This document shows positions 13,141 to 25,081 of a stretch of DNA of 64,000 nt, in pieces. The notes under the pieces are model-generated. The model saw only the letters and a program-made list of their open reading frames with translations. It had not been told where the DNA came from and made no database searches. This DNA comes from Octopus vulgaris (Eukaryota): the NCBI GenBank assembly GCA_951406725.2, contig OX597824.1, positions 15,872,001 through 15,936,000 on the forward strand, read 5' to 3'. Position 1 is the first letter of the stretch, and every line of letters begins with the position of its first letter. The position numbers and the translations under genes are program-made.

Positions 13141-13836
13141 AAGGCGGCGAGCAGGCAGAAACGTTAACGCGACGGGTGAAATGCTTAGCGGTATTTCGTC
13201 TTCCGTTACGTTGTGAGTTCAAATTCCGCCGAGGTCGACTTTGCCTTTCATCCTTTCGGGGTCGATAAATTAAGTACCAGTTACGCACTGGGGTCGATGT
13301 AATCGACTTAATACCTATGTCTGTCCTTGTTTGTCCCCTCTGTGTTTAGCCCCTTGTGGGCAATAAAGAAATAGGTATTTCGTCTGCCGTTACGTTCTGA
13401 GTTCAAATTCCGCCGAGGTCGACTTTGCGTTTCATCTTATCGGGGTCGATAAAATAAGTACCGGTTACGCACTGGAGTTAATGTAATCGTCTTAATCCCT
13501 TTTTCTGTCCTTGTTTGCCCCCTCTATGTTTAACTCCTTGTGGGCAATAAAAAAATATGAAACATTAACGCGACGGGCGAAATGCTTAGCGGTATTTCGT
13601 CTGCCGTTACGTTCCTCTCTGTGTTTAGCTCCTTGTGGGTAGTAAAGAAATAGGTATTTCGTCTGTCTTTATGTTCTGAGTTCAAATTCCGCCGAGGTCG
13701 ACTTTGTCTTTCATTCTTTCGGGGTTCGATAAATTAAGTACCAGTTACGCACTGAGACGATGTAATCGACTTAATCCCGTTCTTTGTCCTTGTTTGTCCC
13801 CTCTATGTTTAGCCCCTTGTGGGCAGTAAAGAAATA
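13141..13836 (+). mobile_element. SINE family B tandem array
   Basis: A full head followed by repeated bodies restarting at GGTATTTCGTC (13190, 13374; about 184-bp period). Confidence 0.88.
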
Positions 13837-14282
13837 AGAAACAAATACTGGAATCGATTTCAATGATGGTAAGGCCTGAAGGTGATGCCCTAGAATAGTC
13901 GACCGCAGTTCAATAACCGAAACAAGTAAAATAATCCTGTTATTATATGAACATTACTGTTTCATACGATGGAGGACTACCGTAAATTCCAAAGAATTCT
14001 TAGTTAAAAGTGTAAAAAGATTAATATTATCTAAAACAAAAACAACACCCGAAACAAAATTAAAAAGAAAAAAACATCGTAAAACATGAAACAACTAAAA
14101 GAAACACAAATTCAAAAGTAAAAAAATTGATAAATCTTTATAAATAAAAAAGACTTTAAATAATTGTAATGGAGGGAAATATAAAAAGGATTTTAAGAAT
14201 GAACAAAAAAATGGAAACGATGGTGTTGTTGGCAGTGATGTTGGTGACTGTGGTAGCTGTTGTTGTTATTGTGATGGTGGTG

Positions 14283-14317
<35 letters not shown>

Positions 14318-15196
14318 CATGGTGATGTTGGTGGTGGAGGTGATGATGGTGTGTCTGCCCTCCACACACAGCTAATGAAGTAAAGTAAAATAAAATGGCA
14401 GAGCATTAATAGTTTCGTTTTTTGTTGAAGTCTCGGTTGTTATTGTTACTGTTGTTGTTGTTGTTGTCGTCGTCGTCGTCGTTGTTGTTGTTGTTTATAA
14501 TATTAATTGCATAAATTATGATAATGGAGAGTACTGGCGGTGGCGACGGAGGTTGTGATTTGGGGATGATGATGATGGTAGTGGTGATGAGATTGGTGGT
14601 GGTATTGATGGTGGTGATGGCTGATGGTGGTCGCATCGTTGGTACCGGTGATGATGGTTTTGGCTGGCAGAAACGTTGGCCCGCCGGGCGAAATGCTTAG
14701 CGGTATTTCGTCTGCCGTTACGTTCGGAGTTCAAATTCCACCGAGGTCGACTTTGCCTTTCATCCTTTCGGGGTCGATAAATTAAGTACCAGTTACGCAC
14801 TGGGGTCGATATAATCGACTTAATCCGTTTGTCTGTCCTTGTTTGTCCTCTCTGTGTTTAGCCCCTTGTGGGTAATAAAGAAATAGGTATTGGTAGTAGC
14901 ACCAGCATATATGTGTGTGTGGGGGGTATGTGTGTGTGTGGGGGGTATGTGTGTGGGGGGTATGTGTGTGTGTGTGGGGGTATGTGTGTGTGTGTGTGTG
15001 TGATAAATATGGATTATTCGCAGGTTACAACCAAGAGGCTGACATATTGATGTCCTTAAAATGACTGAGAGTAATAGTTAGCAGCAGCATTGCTAGAAAT
15101 AAGAGTCAAAACAACTCTTAGCCACGATAAACCACTTATCTTATGAGTGACAAGGAAGGCAAGAACCCTACAGCTTCCGGAACATAGCCAGAAAAA

Positions 15197-15233
15197 CCAC
15201 TGATTTCGCATTTGGCTAATGCTCGTCAGTGAC
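15197..15233 (-). ncRNA. Minimal hammerhead relic lacking stem III
   Basis: CTGACGA GCATT-agcca-AATGC GAAA TC. Perfect core and 5-bp stem II with G10.1-C11.1; stem III is absent. Confidence 0.5.
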
Positions 15234-15235
15234 TG

Positions 15236-15269
<34 letters not shown>

Positions 15270-15365
15270 CAAAATGGGAAAAGAACACAAAACATCCAGA
15301 CAGGTGATACAAAAATGGGACATCAAAGATTCCAGATAGACGATACAAAGAAAACAACTATGGGT

Positions 15366-15508
15366 CATTCAAAGTTTTCTTTCCTCAGTCAAGTACCAGA
15401 TTATCTTCGCAATTTCGGGTGATTATACTTAAGATTGCTCCAATCTGGTCAGCCCATAGGAAAAACTAAGCTAAGAGCATTAGATTCCTTGGAAGAAAGC
15501 AGCGAATG
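15366..15508 (-). ncRNA. Permuted hammerhead ribozyme candidate, family 1 copy A
   Basis: GGCTG ACCAGATT gga GCAAT C| TTAAGT ataat CACCC GAA ATTGC gaagat AATCTGGT ACTTGA CTGAGGA. Lies in a ~315-bp element (about 15267-15582) flanked by (AT)n. Confidence 0.7.
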
Positions 15509-15579
15509 TATACTAAAACAAGGACGGAAAAAAAATGGTCAATGTTACACAAATACAATAATAACAGGACATAACAACG

Positions 15580-15673
<94 letters not shown>

Positions 15674-16136
15674 CTAATTTAGGATGAAGTTTTTTTTACA
15701 GGAAAAAAAATTCCATAAAAAAATGGCAGCATATTAAAATACCTTTAAAGGTTAAAATTATAATCAACTTATAAACAAGGGCAAAAGAAAATTATTTCTA
15801 TGCCAATATGCCGATAACAGACTTTTAAATCGTCAATTTCCACATATTATTATATACCCACTACAGAAGTACGTTGTGCTGAAATCGAGGAAAGCTAGCC
15901 AGCAGAATTTTAAAAAAGTTCGTTATTTCTATATTGAATCAATTTCGGAATTAATCTCATATATATATATGCAATCTCAGATTGTGTATATATATATATG
16001 TCTACCACATCCACTCAGAAGGCTTTGATCGGCCCGAGGCTATATGTATATATATATTGATAGAAATAGCAAGATAACAAAACAATAAAAGAGACCTCGA
16101 TATTATGTAAATAGAGGAAATTTATCTATAAAATAA

Positions 16137-16517
16137 TGGCTGTGTGGTAAGTAGCTTGTTTACCAACCACATGGTTCCGGGTTCAGTCCCACTGCGTGGC
16201 ACCTTGGGCAAGTGTCTTCTACTATAGCCTCGGGCCGACCAAAGCCTTGTGAGTGGATTTGGTAGACGGAAACTGAAAGAAGCCCGTCGTATATATGTGT
16301 ATATATATATGTGTGTGTGTCTGTGTTTGTCCCTCTAGCATTGCTCGACAACCGATGCTGGTGTGTTTATGTCCCCGTTACTTAGCGGTTCGGCAAAAGA
16401 GACCGATAGAATAAGTACTGGGCTTACAAAAGAATAAGTCCCTGGGTCGATTTGCTCGACTAAAGGCGGTGCTCCAGCATGGCCGCAGTCAAATGACTGA
16501 AACAAGCAAAAGAGTAA
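16137..16517 (+). mobile_element. SINE family A, near full length
   Basis: Near-consensus copy with ..GACTGAAACAAG(C/T)AAAAGAG tail. Confidence 0.88.
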
Positions 16518-16520
16518 TTA

Positions 16521-16624
16521 TTCGGTAGTCATGATAAAATTCCGAGTTTCGGATAACCAATGGATAACCGAAGTGGGTTTCCGCCCCGATATCAGAAACT
16601 CGAAGTTTTATCATGGCTACCGAA
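16521..16624. mobile_element. MITE-like foldback element
   Basis: 35-bp inverted repeats (16521-16555 / 16590-16624, 31/35 matches) around a 34-bp spacer. Confidence 0.6.
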
Positions 16625-16641
16625 ATATTGTCACATATTAT

Positions 16642-16750
<109 letters not shown>

Positions 16751-17048
16751 AGCTTAGAGAAGAAGAAGAAACGAAACGAAACCAAACGAATCGAATCGAA
16801 TCGACGCGAAGGCGCTCAGTCATACAATAGTGTAATAAATAAAATATATGCATACATACAAACATATATGTACGTACCTACATCTACATGTATATATACA
16901 TGCATATATAAATATATATACGTGTGTACAGGACACCACAAATGTACGTAGAACTCAACGAGAAACGAAAAAGTAAAAACAAGCATGGAACGGACCATTT
17001 TTTTAACAACGAAAAAACAGAGTACAAGACAGCTACACAAGGAAAACT

Positions 17049-17166
17049 CCCCTTCATCAGCTGTCCCTAGTTCAACTCCAGCGTGTTTCTAAGGTGAGGA
17101 CAGAACACGTCTCGTCGAACTAGTCCTTCTTGCGAAAGAATTAAATAAAATTCCTTTGCAGAGGGG
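17049..17166 (-). ncRNA. Permuted hammerhead ribozyme candidate, family 2
   Basis: CCCCT c [hairpin] a GAAGG a CTAGTTCGAC gaga CGTGT T| CTGTCC tca CCTTA GAA ACACG ctgga GTTGAACTAG GGACAG CTGATGA AGGGG. Confidence 0.7.
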
Positions 17167-18663
17167 TAAAAACAAGGAAAAAAAACGTGACAAAAACAGG
17201 ACGTAAAAACAATACAATTAAAAACAAATACAAAATAAAAATACAATTACAAGAAATACAGTACAAGAAGGAATATATATATATATATGTATATGTGTGT
17301 GTGTGTGTGTGTTTGTGTGTATACATACATATATGTGTGTGTGTTTATATATATCTATGCGTGCGTGTCTGTTTGTATTGGTAGTGGTGATGATGGTGAC
17401 GGTGTTGGTGGTAGTGGTGGTGAATGCGTAAATATTGCCCTTGTTAGTTTAGTGATGGCAGCGATGGTGCGAAGGAGGTGGAGGAGGATCAGCAGTAGCT
17501 AGCAGTGGAAGGAAGAGGAGAGAGAGAGAAAGAGAGACAGAGAGAGAGTGACAGAGACGAGACTGAAAGGGAAGCAGAGGGAGTTACTACACAGACAATG
17601 GTGGTGGGTTGAAGGAAGGGTTTTTGAGAAAACCGAAAGAGGTGTGGTGTGAGGAGTACAACACTGAAAGTGGTGGTGCAGTTAGGGATGGTGTTTCAAT
17701 GAGGTGTGGCGGAGGAGGTGATGTATACAGAAAAAGGGTGGGGGTAGAATCAGGTAAGGGTAGTGTGTATATAAGGACCTAGAGAGGTGTAGTATGTGGG
17801 AGGGGGCGGGACGAATGGGGTGTGGCAGGGGCGGGTGTGGTGGCAATTAATCGCAGTTAAGATTTCCTTTTTTTTCCTAAATACATTTGTCATTCATCAC
17901 AAATTGATTTATATTCATATTTCTTAAATTGTCTGTGACTGAGTGCGTGTGTATGTGTATGTGTATGTGCGTGCGTGCGTGTGTGTGTGTCTAAGAAAGA
18001 GAGAGAGAGGGAGGGAGTGTTGTGTGTATGTGTATGTATATATGTGTATATGCATGTGTGTGTCTGAGAAACAGAGATAGAGAGGGAGAGTATGTGTATA
18101 CGTATGTGTATGTGTGTATGTGTGTGTCTAAGAAAGTGATATATATATAGAGAGAGAGGGAGAGTGTGTGTGTATGTGTATGTGTGTATGTGTATGTGTA
18201 TGTGTATATGCATGTGTGAGTCTGAGAAAGAGAGAGAGAGAGGGAGTGAGTGTGAGAAAGAGAGATAGAGAAATATATATATATATAGAGAGAGAGGAAG
18301 AGTGCATGTATGTGTGTCTGAGAAAGAGAGAGAGAGGGAGAGTGTGTGTTGTGTGTATGTGTATGTATGTATGTATATGCATGTGCGTGTGTGTGTGTCT
18401 GAGAAAGAGAGAGAGAGAGAGAGAAAGGGATGCGCTTGTGTGTCTGAAAGAAAGTGAGAGAGAGAAGGACTGTGTGTGTATATATGTGTGTGTGTGTGTA
18501 TGTGAGCCTATAGGTGTACATACACAGTTCTCTCTCTTTCTCTCACACACGCGCGCACACACACACCAAAAACACACACACACAACAGAAACATGCACAC
18601 ACAACAGAAGCACATACACACACACACAGAGTCCCCTTCTCTCTATCTCTTTTTCTCTCTCTA

Positions 18664-18714
<51 letters not shown>

Positions 18715-18774
18715 TCGTGTATCCGAGAAGGTGTGTATTTGTGTGTATTATATATGCGTGGATGTGTCTGAGAG

Positions 18775-19209
18775 AGAGAAATACCTATTTCTTTACTACC
18801 CACAAGGGGGCTAAACACAGAGGAGACAAACAAGGACAGACAAACGGATTAAGACAGACAAGGACAGACAAACGGATTAAGTCGATACCATGCGTAACTG
18901 GTACTTAATTTATCGACCCCGAAAGGATGAAAGGCAAAGTCGACCTCGGCGGAATTTGAACTCAGAACGTAACGGCTGACGAAATACCTATTTCTTTACT
19001 ACCCACAAGAGGCTAAACACAGAGGGGACAAACAAGGACAGACAAACGGATTAAGTCGATACCATGCGTAACTGGTACTTAATTTATCGACCCCGAAAGG
19101 ATGAAAAGCAAAGTCGACCTCGGTGGAATTTGAACACAGAACGTAACGGCAGACGAAATACGGCTACGCATTTCGCCCGGCATGCTAACGTTTCTGCCAG
19201 CTAGCCGCT
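18775..19209 (-). mobile_element. SINE family B tandem dimer
   Basis: Two reverse-complement bodies with the head near 19209. Confidence 0.85.
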
Positions 19210-19830
19210 TTGAGAGAGAGAGAAATATAGGGATAGAGAAGATAGGGGCAGTGTGCAAATATGTGCATGTGTGTGTTTGTATAAATGCATGTGTGTCTGA
19301 GAAAGAACATTTACGTGTGTGTGTGTGAGCGTGTGTGTGTGTGTATTTAAGTGTATGAGGGTTCTTACAAGTGTGCGTACGTATGTATTATGCGTGTATG
19401 CAGATGTGAGTATGGGAATGCGATTATTTCCGATGCATGTGGGTATATGTAAACCAGTGTATATGTGAAAATCTGAATATGTGTGAATCATTCAGCGCAT
19501 GTGTGTGAGTGTGTGCGCGCGTGTATGTATGTGTATATGTGTGCGTTTACGAGTTTGTGTATGTAAGACTATTAGAGTGTATGTCTCTGCCTCTGTGTGT
19601 GTGTGAGTATATATTTGGGTATGTATATGTGTGTATGTGCACTCTGAAGGAGACACATCATGTGCGTGTCTATATGTAAGCCTTTATGAATGTACTTATA
19701 TTTATGATTGTATCTGTATTTGTGCGGAGCGTCTAAAATTACTGAAACGTATTTTGTGTGCGCGTGTGCATGTGTATATATATATATGTGTGTGTGTGTG
19801 TGTACCTACACGCGGATCTATTTTATGATC

Positions 19831-19881
<51 letters not shown>

Positions 19882-20771
19882 AAAATATTTGGAATTCTTT
19901 TCTCTAAGTCGCTCTTTAGAACAAATGTCTTGGAGAAGAGATTATTAACAATACGAAGGCGCAAATGCTTGTTATGTGTGTACGGAATAAACTCACATGT
20001 CTATACAGAAGCTGTTAAAACGATAGTTGTGAGCAACAAATATATTTAAGAGTGTAAAAACCCATACACACACACATGCATGCATACATGCATACATGTA
20101 TACATGCATACGTATACTCATAGATATGCACGCTCATACAGAACTACATCGGCATAGATAGACATACACGGATGTACAGATATAGGTGCACGCATAAAAA
20201 TATCGTATATCTGTATATATGTATATAAATTTGAGCAGAAGCATGTATATTCATCAAATATAAACAAAGATGTTAATAGATATCGAGGTATATTTCTTTG
20301 AAATTCATTATTCATAAATTATATTATATTTCAGATACTTATTTTGGAAATAATGGTTAGACGTTTCCCCGAGATGAATATTAGATGCTACTAAAATAAC
20401 TAATGATCCACCGTTGAATATTTTCCCTGTATTTCCTGAAAGTCTTTCCAAATTTATGGTTGCATCTTATAATGAGCTCCGACTGCTTGTTGATTAATCC
20501 TTCTCTACATAGTAATATGCACAAAATATCTTCTCAACAAAGATTGCATTATTTGGAATCCCCAATTCCCGTCATATGTGTGCAGTTCTTATTAAGGCCC
20601 AGGAAATGCTGTTTCATCTTCTTTTCTGTCAGATTTCCAACTGTGTTGACTAGAGAATAATTGTATATATATAGAGAGAGAGATATTGGAAAAAATAAGG
20701 TACTCAGAGATCTGGATGGCTGCACATTTACAGATTTTTATTAATATATCACATTTTTATAAATCATATAT

Positions 20772-20810
20772 ATTAGCGCTTGCATCTACTCTAGTAGATT
20801 CTTCAGATTT
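20772..20810 (-). ncRNA. Minimal hammerhead relic
   Basis: CTGAAGA ATCTAC-taga-GTAGAT GCA AGCGCT A. Perfect 6-bp stem II, palindromic stem III (AGCGCT), A13 changed to C, and decayed stem I. The element is flanked by (AT)n. Confidence 0.55.
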
Positions 20811-20854
20811 TCATCACCTCCAAACCTTTTAATATATATATATATATATAAGTG

Positions 20855-20888
<34 letters not shown>

Positions 20889-21597
20889 AGCATCTATGTG
20901 TGTATACATGCTGGCATGCGCTCGTGAGTGAATAAGATATACCTTATGGCAAATAAACTTCGCTTATATCGAGCTTTCTTCCTGATTGAACTTTGCCTGT
21001 GTAGACGAATAGCACTTAGCTGTGCCTTAAGTTTATACATTATACGAACCAACATAAATTCCGCTACATAGCCGTTCAATATGCTAATAATAATAATGAG
21101 ATGTTTCTTTTACTCAAATCACATCATACCATTACTATCTAGAACTTGTTTCAGTCATTAGACTGCGGCCATGCAGGGGCAGAATATTTAAAGGTTTTTA
21201 TCGAACAAATCGACAACAGTTCTCATCATTTTAAGTCAGGAACATATTGTATCAGCCCATTTGGATGTAAGGGCTAAATTTCAGGAACATAAACAAACCA
21301 ACTTCAGTCGTCAAGCAGTGGAGGTGGGGACATAAAAACACAAAGGCATTCACGCATACTAATGCACATACACATACACACTACGTCGTTAAGGATCTCG
21401 CTTTGTGACAGCATACTTTCTGGTTCAAGTGCCAGAGTGCGGCACCTTGAGCAAGTGCCCCTTCTGTAACCCTGAGTCAACCAATGCATTGCGAGAGAAA
21501 CTGTGAGGAAGCTCGTCGTATGTGTGTGTGTGTGCGTGTGTGCGTGTGCGTGTGTGTGTATGTGTGTGCGTGTGTGTGTGTGTGTATTTGTGCGTGT

Positions 21598-21877
21598 GAA
21601 GGCGTAGTGGCTTAGTGGTTAGGGCATACGGCTCACGATCGTACGGTCGTGAGTTCAATTCCCGGCGACGCGTTGTGTCCTTGAGCAAGACACTTTATTT
21701 CACGTTGCTCCAGTTCACTCAACTGGCAAAAATGAGTTGTACCTGTATTTCGAAGGACCAGCCTTGGAGCTTAGATGTTTTTGCTCAATAAACACTCACA
21801 ATGCTCGGTCTGGGGATCGAAACCGCGTTTTTACGACCGCGAGTCCGCTGCCCTAACCACTGGGCCATTGCGCCTCC
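21598..21877. mobile_element. Fused SINE pair: C-like head (+, 21598-21765) joined to family D (-, 21766-21877)
   Basis: Two tRNA-like heads facing each other, with the junction at CCAGCCTT|GGAGCTT. Confidence 0.75.
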
Positions 21878-23223
21878 ACTGTTGCTGATGTTGTTTTTGG
21901 TCTTGCCGTTGTTTTTATAGGCGGTGAATAATTGTCAGAGTCGTTAGAATTTCCAATAGAATGCCTGGTTTTATTTGCGATTGAAGTTCAAATCCTGCCC
22001 TGGTCACTTTTGCCTTTCATTTTTTCGGGATCGAATATAAGACCTGCAAGTGCGAGGTGATGGATTGGTGTAATTGTAAAACCGTCTAAGGCTGATGCTT
22101 TGCGATATTTCTTTCAACTGTTTGCGTTTTGAGTTCAAATCTTGACACGACCACCAGACTATAGAAAATTATATTTGCCCATGATATCACACAATGGGAT
22201 CGAACCCTGATACTTTTGCTTGCAAAGTGAACTGCCTAACCATTCGGCTATACTGCTACTGCCCATGCCCGTACACCTATGTGCATACACACACTCACAG
22301 CACTCACGGCCATATTTCTCACTTACGAACATGTAGATTTGCCGGTTTTCCTAACGATTCTTTCTGTGCCAATTCCGCGTCAGAATAAGGAAAACGAAAA
22401 TAAGGGAGAAAAAAAAAAATAGCGCAAAGAAAAAGTGTGCAAAACAAACACAAAACAAAACAGAACAAAAACAAAAAACAAACAAAACATTAAAATGTCG
22501 GGAAAGATGGTGGAGGAACAAAAGTGCTAGGGCATTTAGCGAAGTCTTGGAATAGTTCAGACATTTATTGATTGACAGAATCAAATTCAAGCTTCTTTAT
22601 TTCTTTATTTTTATTTTTATTTTTATATTTTTTTTACTGGACTTTTCGTAAGTAGTACGGCCCTTACCACATTCTACAAATTGGCAGCGAATTGGTGTAA
22701 ATCTATCTATCTTTCGAATATGACGATGACGACGACGTTATTGGTGATGATGATTAATGATGATGATGATGGCGGTGGTGATGATAGTCGTGGTGGTGGT
22801 GGTGGTTATGATGATGATGATGATGATGATGATGTTGATGGGCGATAACAGCAGCGAGAAGAAACGGTATAGAATTACAGTTAAACGGAAACAGCAAATC
22901 AAATAAAGATATGGATTTCTTTTGACCGTAGTTTTGAAGAACGAACTCAGACGAGATCATACATGTTGTCACCGTGATGGCTGTTGTTGTTGTCGTTGTT
23001 GTTGTTGTAGCGAATATTAGTAGTGCAAAGCTTTAAAAAAATAACAACGACAGTCCCGCCCCCCAAAACAACCTCCGAAAAACGGAGAGAGAGAGAGAGA
23101 CAATCATGAACCGTAACTCGAAACGAACTCAGAATGTTTTGTTCTACGACGAGTCCAAGCATTTCACGATATAATCATGATACTATTTTTGAAAACAAAC
23201 GCTATTCTTTCGATTTAGGATGC

Positions 23224-23283
<60 letters not shown>

Positions 23284-23284
23284 A

Positions 23285-23324
<40 letters not shown>

Positions 23325-23325
23325 G

Positions 23326-23404
<79 letters not shown>

Positions 23405-23463
23405 GTCGGTCGGTCGGTCGGTATATGTATAAGTATGTTCGTCTGTGTCTTCATATATATATA

Positions 23464-23637
23464 GGCGCAGGAGTAGCTGTGTGGTAAGTAGCTTGCTTAC
23501 CAACCACATAGTTCCGGGTTCAGTCCCACTTCGTTGTACCTTGGGCAAGAGTCTTCTACTATTGCCTCGGACCGACCAAAGCATTGTGAGTGGATTTGGT
23601 AGACGGAAACTGAAAGAAGCCCTTCGTATATATGTAA

Positions 23638-23711
<74 letters not shown>

Positions 23712-23934
23712 ATGATTGTGTGTCTGTGTTTGTCCCCCCAAAATCGCTTGACAACCGATGCTGATGTGTTTACGTCCCCGTAACTTAGCGGTTCGGCAAA
23801 AGAGACCGATAGAATAAGTACTAGGCTTACAAAGAATACGTCCTGGGGTCGATTTGCTCGACTAAAGGCGGTGCTCCAGGATGGCCGCTGTCAAATGACT
23901 GAAACAACTAAAAGAGTAAAAAGAGTAAAGAGTA
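23464..23934 (+). mobile_element. SINE family A, full length
   Basis: GGCGCAGGAGTAGCTGTGTGG head, internal (AT)n(GT)n, (AAAAGAGT)n tail. Confidence 0.9.
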
Positions 23935-24121
23935 ATATATATACATATATATACACACATATATATTTATATATGTGTTCTGCGATGATTTTCTTTTTGG
24001 TATGCGGTACCGATTTTACAATTCTGTAAATAATGATAATAATATTTAATTAGCTTAAATCTTAAAAGCGATAAATAGTCTGATATTGCAGTATACAAGG
24101 CCTCACTCTTCGACGAGGAAA

Positions 24122-24158
<37 letters not shown>

Positions 24159-24162
<4 letters not shown>

Positions 24163-24408
24163 TTTCTATCATAGTAGGTGCATTAGGCATGATTAAAAAA
24201 TATTCAGACAAATACATAACAAAAACACCAGGACTTACAAACACATGTAACATACAGAAAATTGTACTACTAGGCACTACACACATCCTACGCAGAACAC
24301 TTTCCATACAATAACCATCAGAGCATCACAACAAATCACGGCACGTACCTAAGGCACACAGAGCTGCGCTCGGTAGTGAAGTGAAAGCACGTTATAAAAA
24401 TAAAACTA

Positions 24409-24411
<3 letters not shown>
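24159..24411 (+). mobile_element. R4/Dong-like non-LTR retrotransposon 3' end inside a (TAA)n array
   Basis: ISIIVGALGMIKK..NIQKIVLLGTTHILRRTLSIQ* (RLE C-terminus) plus 3'UTR, with (AAT)n on both sides. Confidence 0.8.
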
Positions 24412-24482
<71 letters not shown>

Positions 24483-24498
24483 TATAATAATAATAATA

Positions 24499-24571
<73 letters not shown>

Positions 24572-24831
24572 TTATAACACCAACGATCCACTTCTCACTG
24601 TTATTTTTTGTTCCATTTCTTATCGTCTTTATACATCTATATATACGACGGGCTTCTTTCAGTTTCCGTCTACCTGTTCTTTCAGTTTCCGTCCACTCAC
24701 AAGGCTTTGGTCGCCCCATTCCCTCGAAGCTATAGTAAAAGACACTCGCCCAAGTTGCCACGCAGTGGGACTGAACTCGGAGCCATGTAGTTGGGAAGCA
24801 AGCTTCATACCACACAGCCACGCTTTCGCCT

Positions 24832-24939
<108 letters not shown>

Positions 24940-25043
24940 ACGGGAAGGTTTACGAAAATAAACAAAAGAGTGGAGTAAAAAACAGGTGGAGTACAAACAA
25001 AAAAATGTATTAGTATGCCGCTCAGGAATAGAAATGGAACAAG

Positions 25044-25081
25044 TCTTTTACGTTTCGAGCCTACGCTCTTCAACAGAAAGA
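25044..25081 (-). ncRNA. Minimal hammerhead-like motif with A6U core variant
   Basis: TCTTT CTGTTGA A GAGC-gtag-GCTC GAAACGTA AAAGA. A second, more decayed copy lies at 60037-60075. Confidence 0.5.

Noticed and set aside
22327-22363. Possible 37-nt minus-strand micro-exon (CAG..GTAAGT)
   Set aside because: The pyrimidine tract is separated from the AG, no partner exons are evident, and chance occurrence is plausible.
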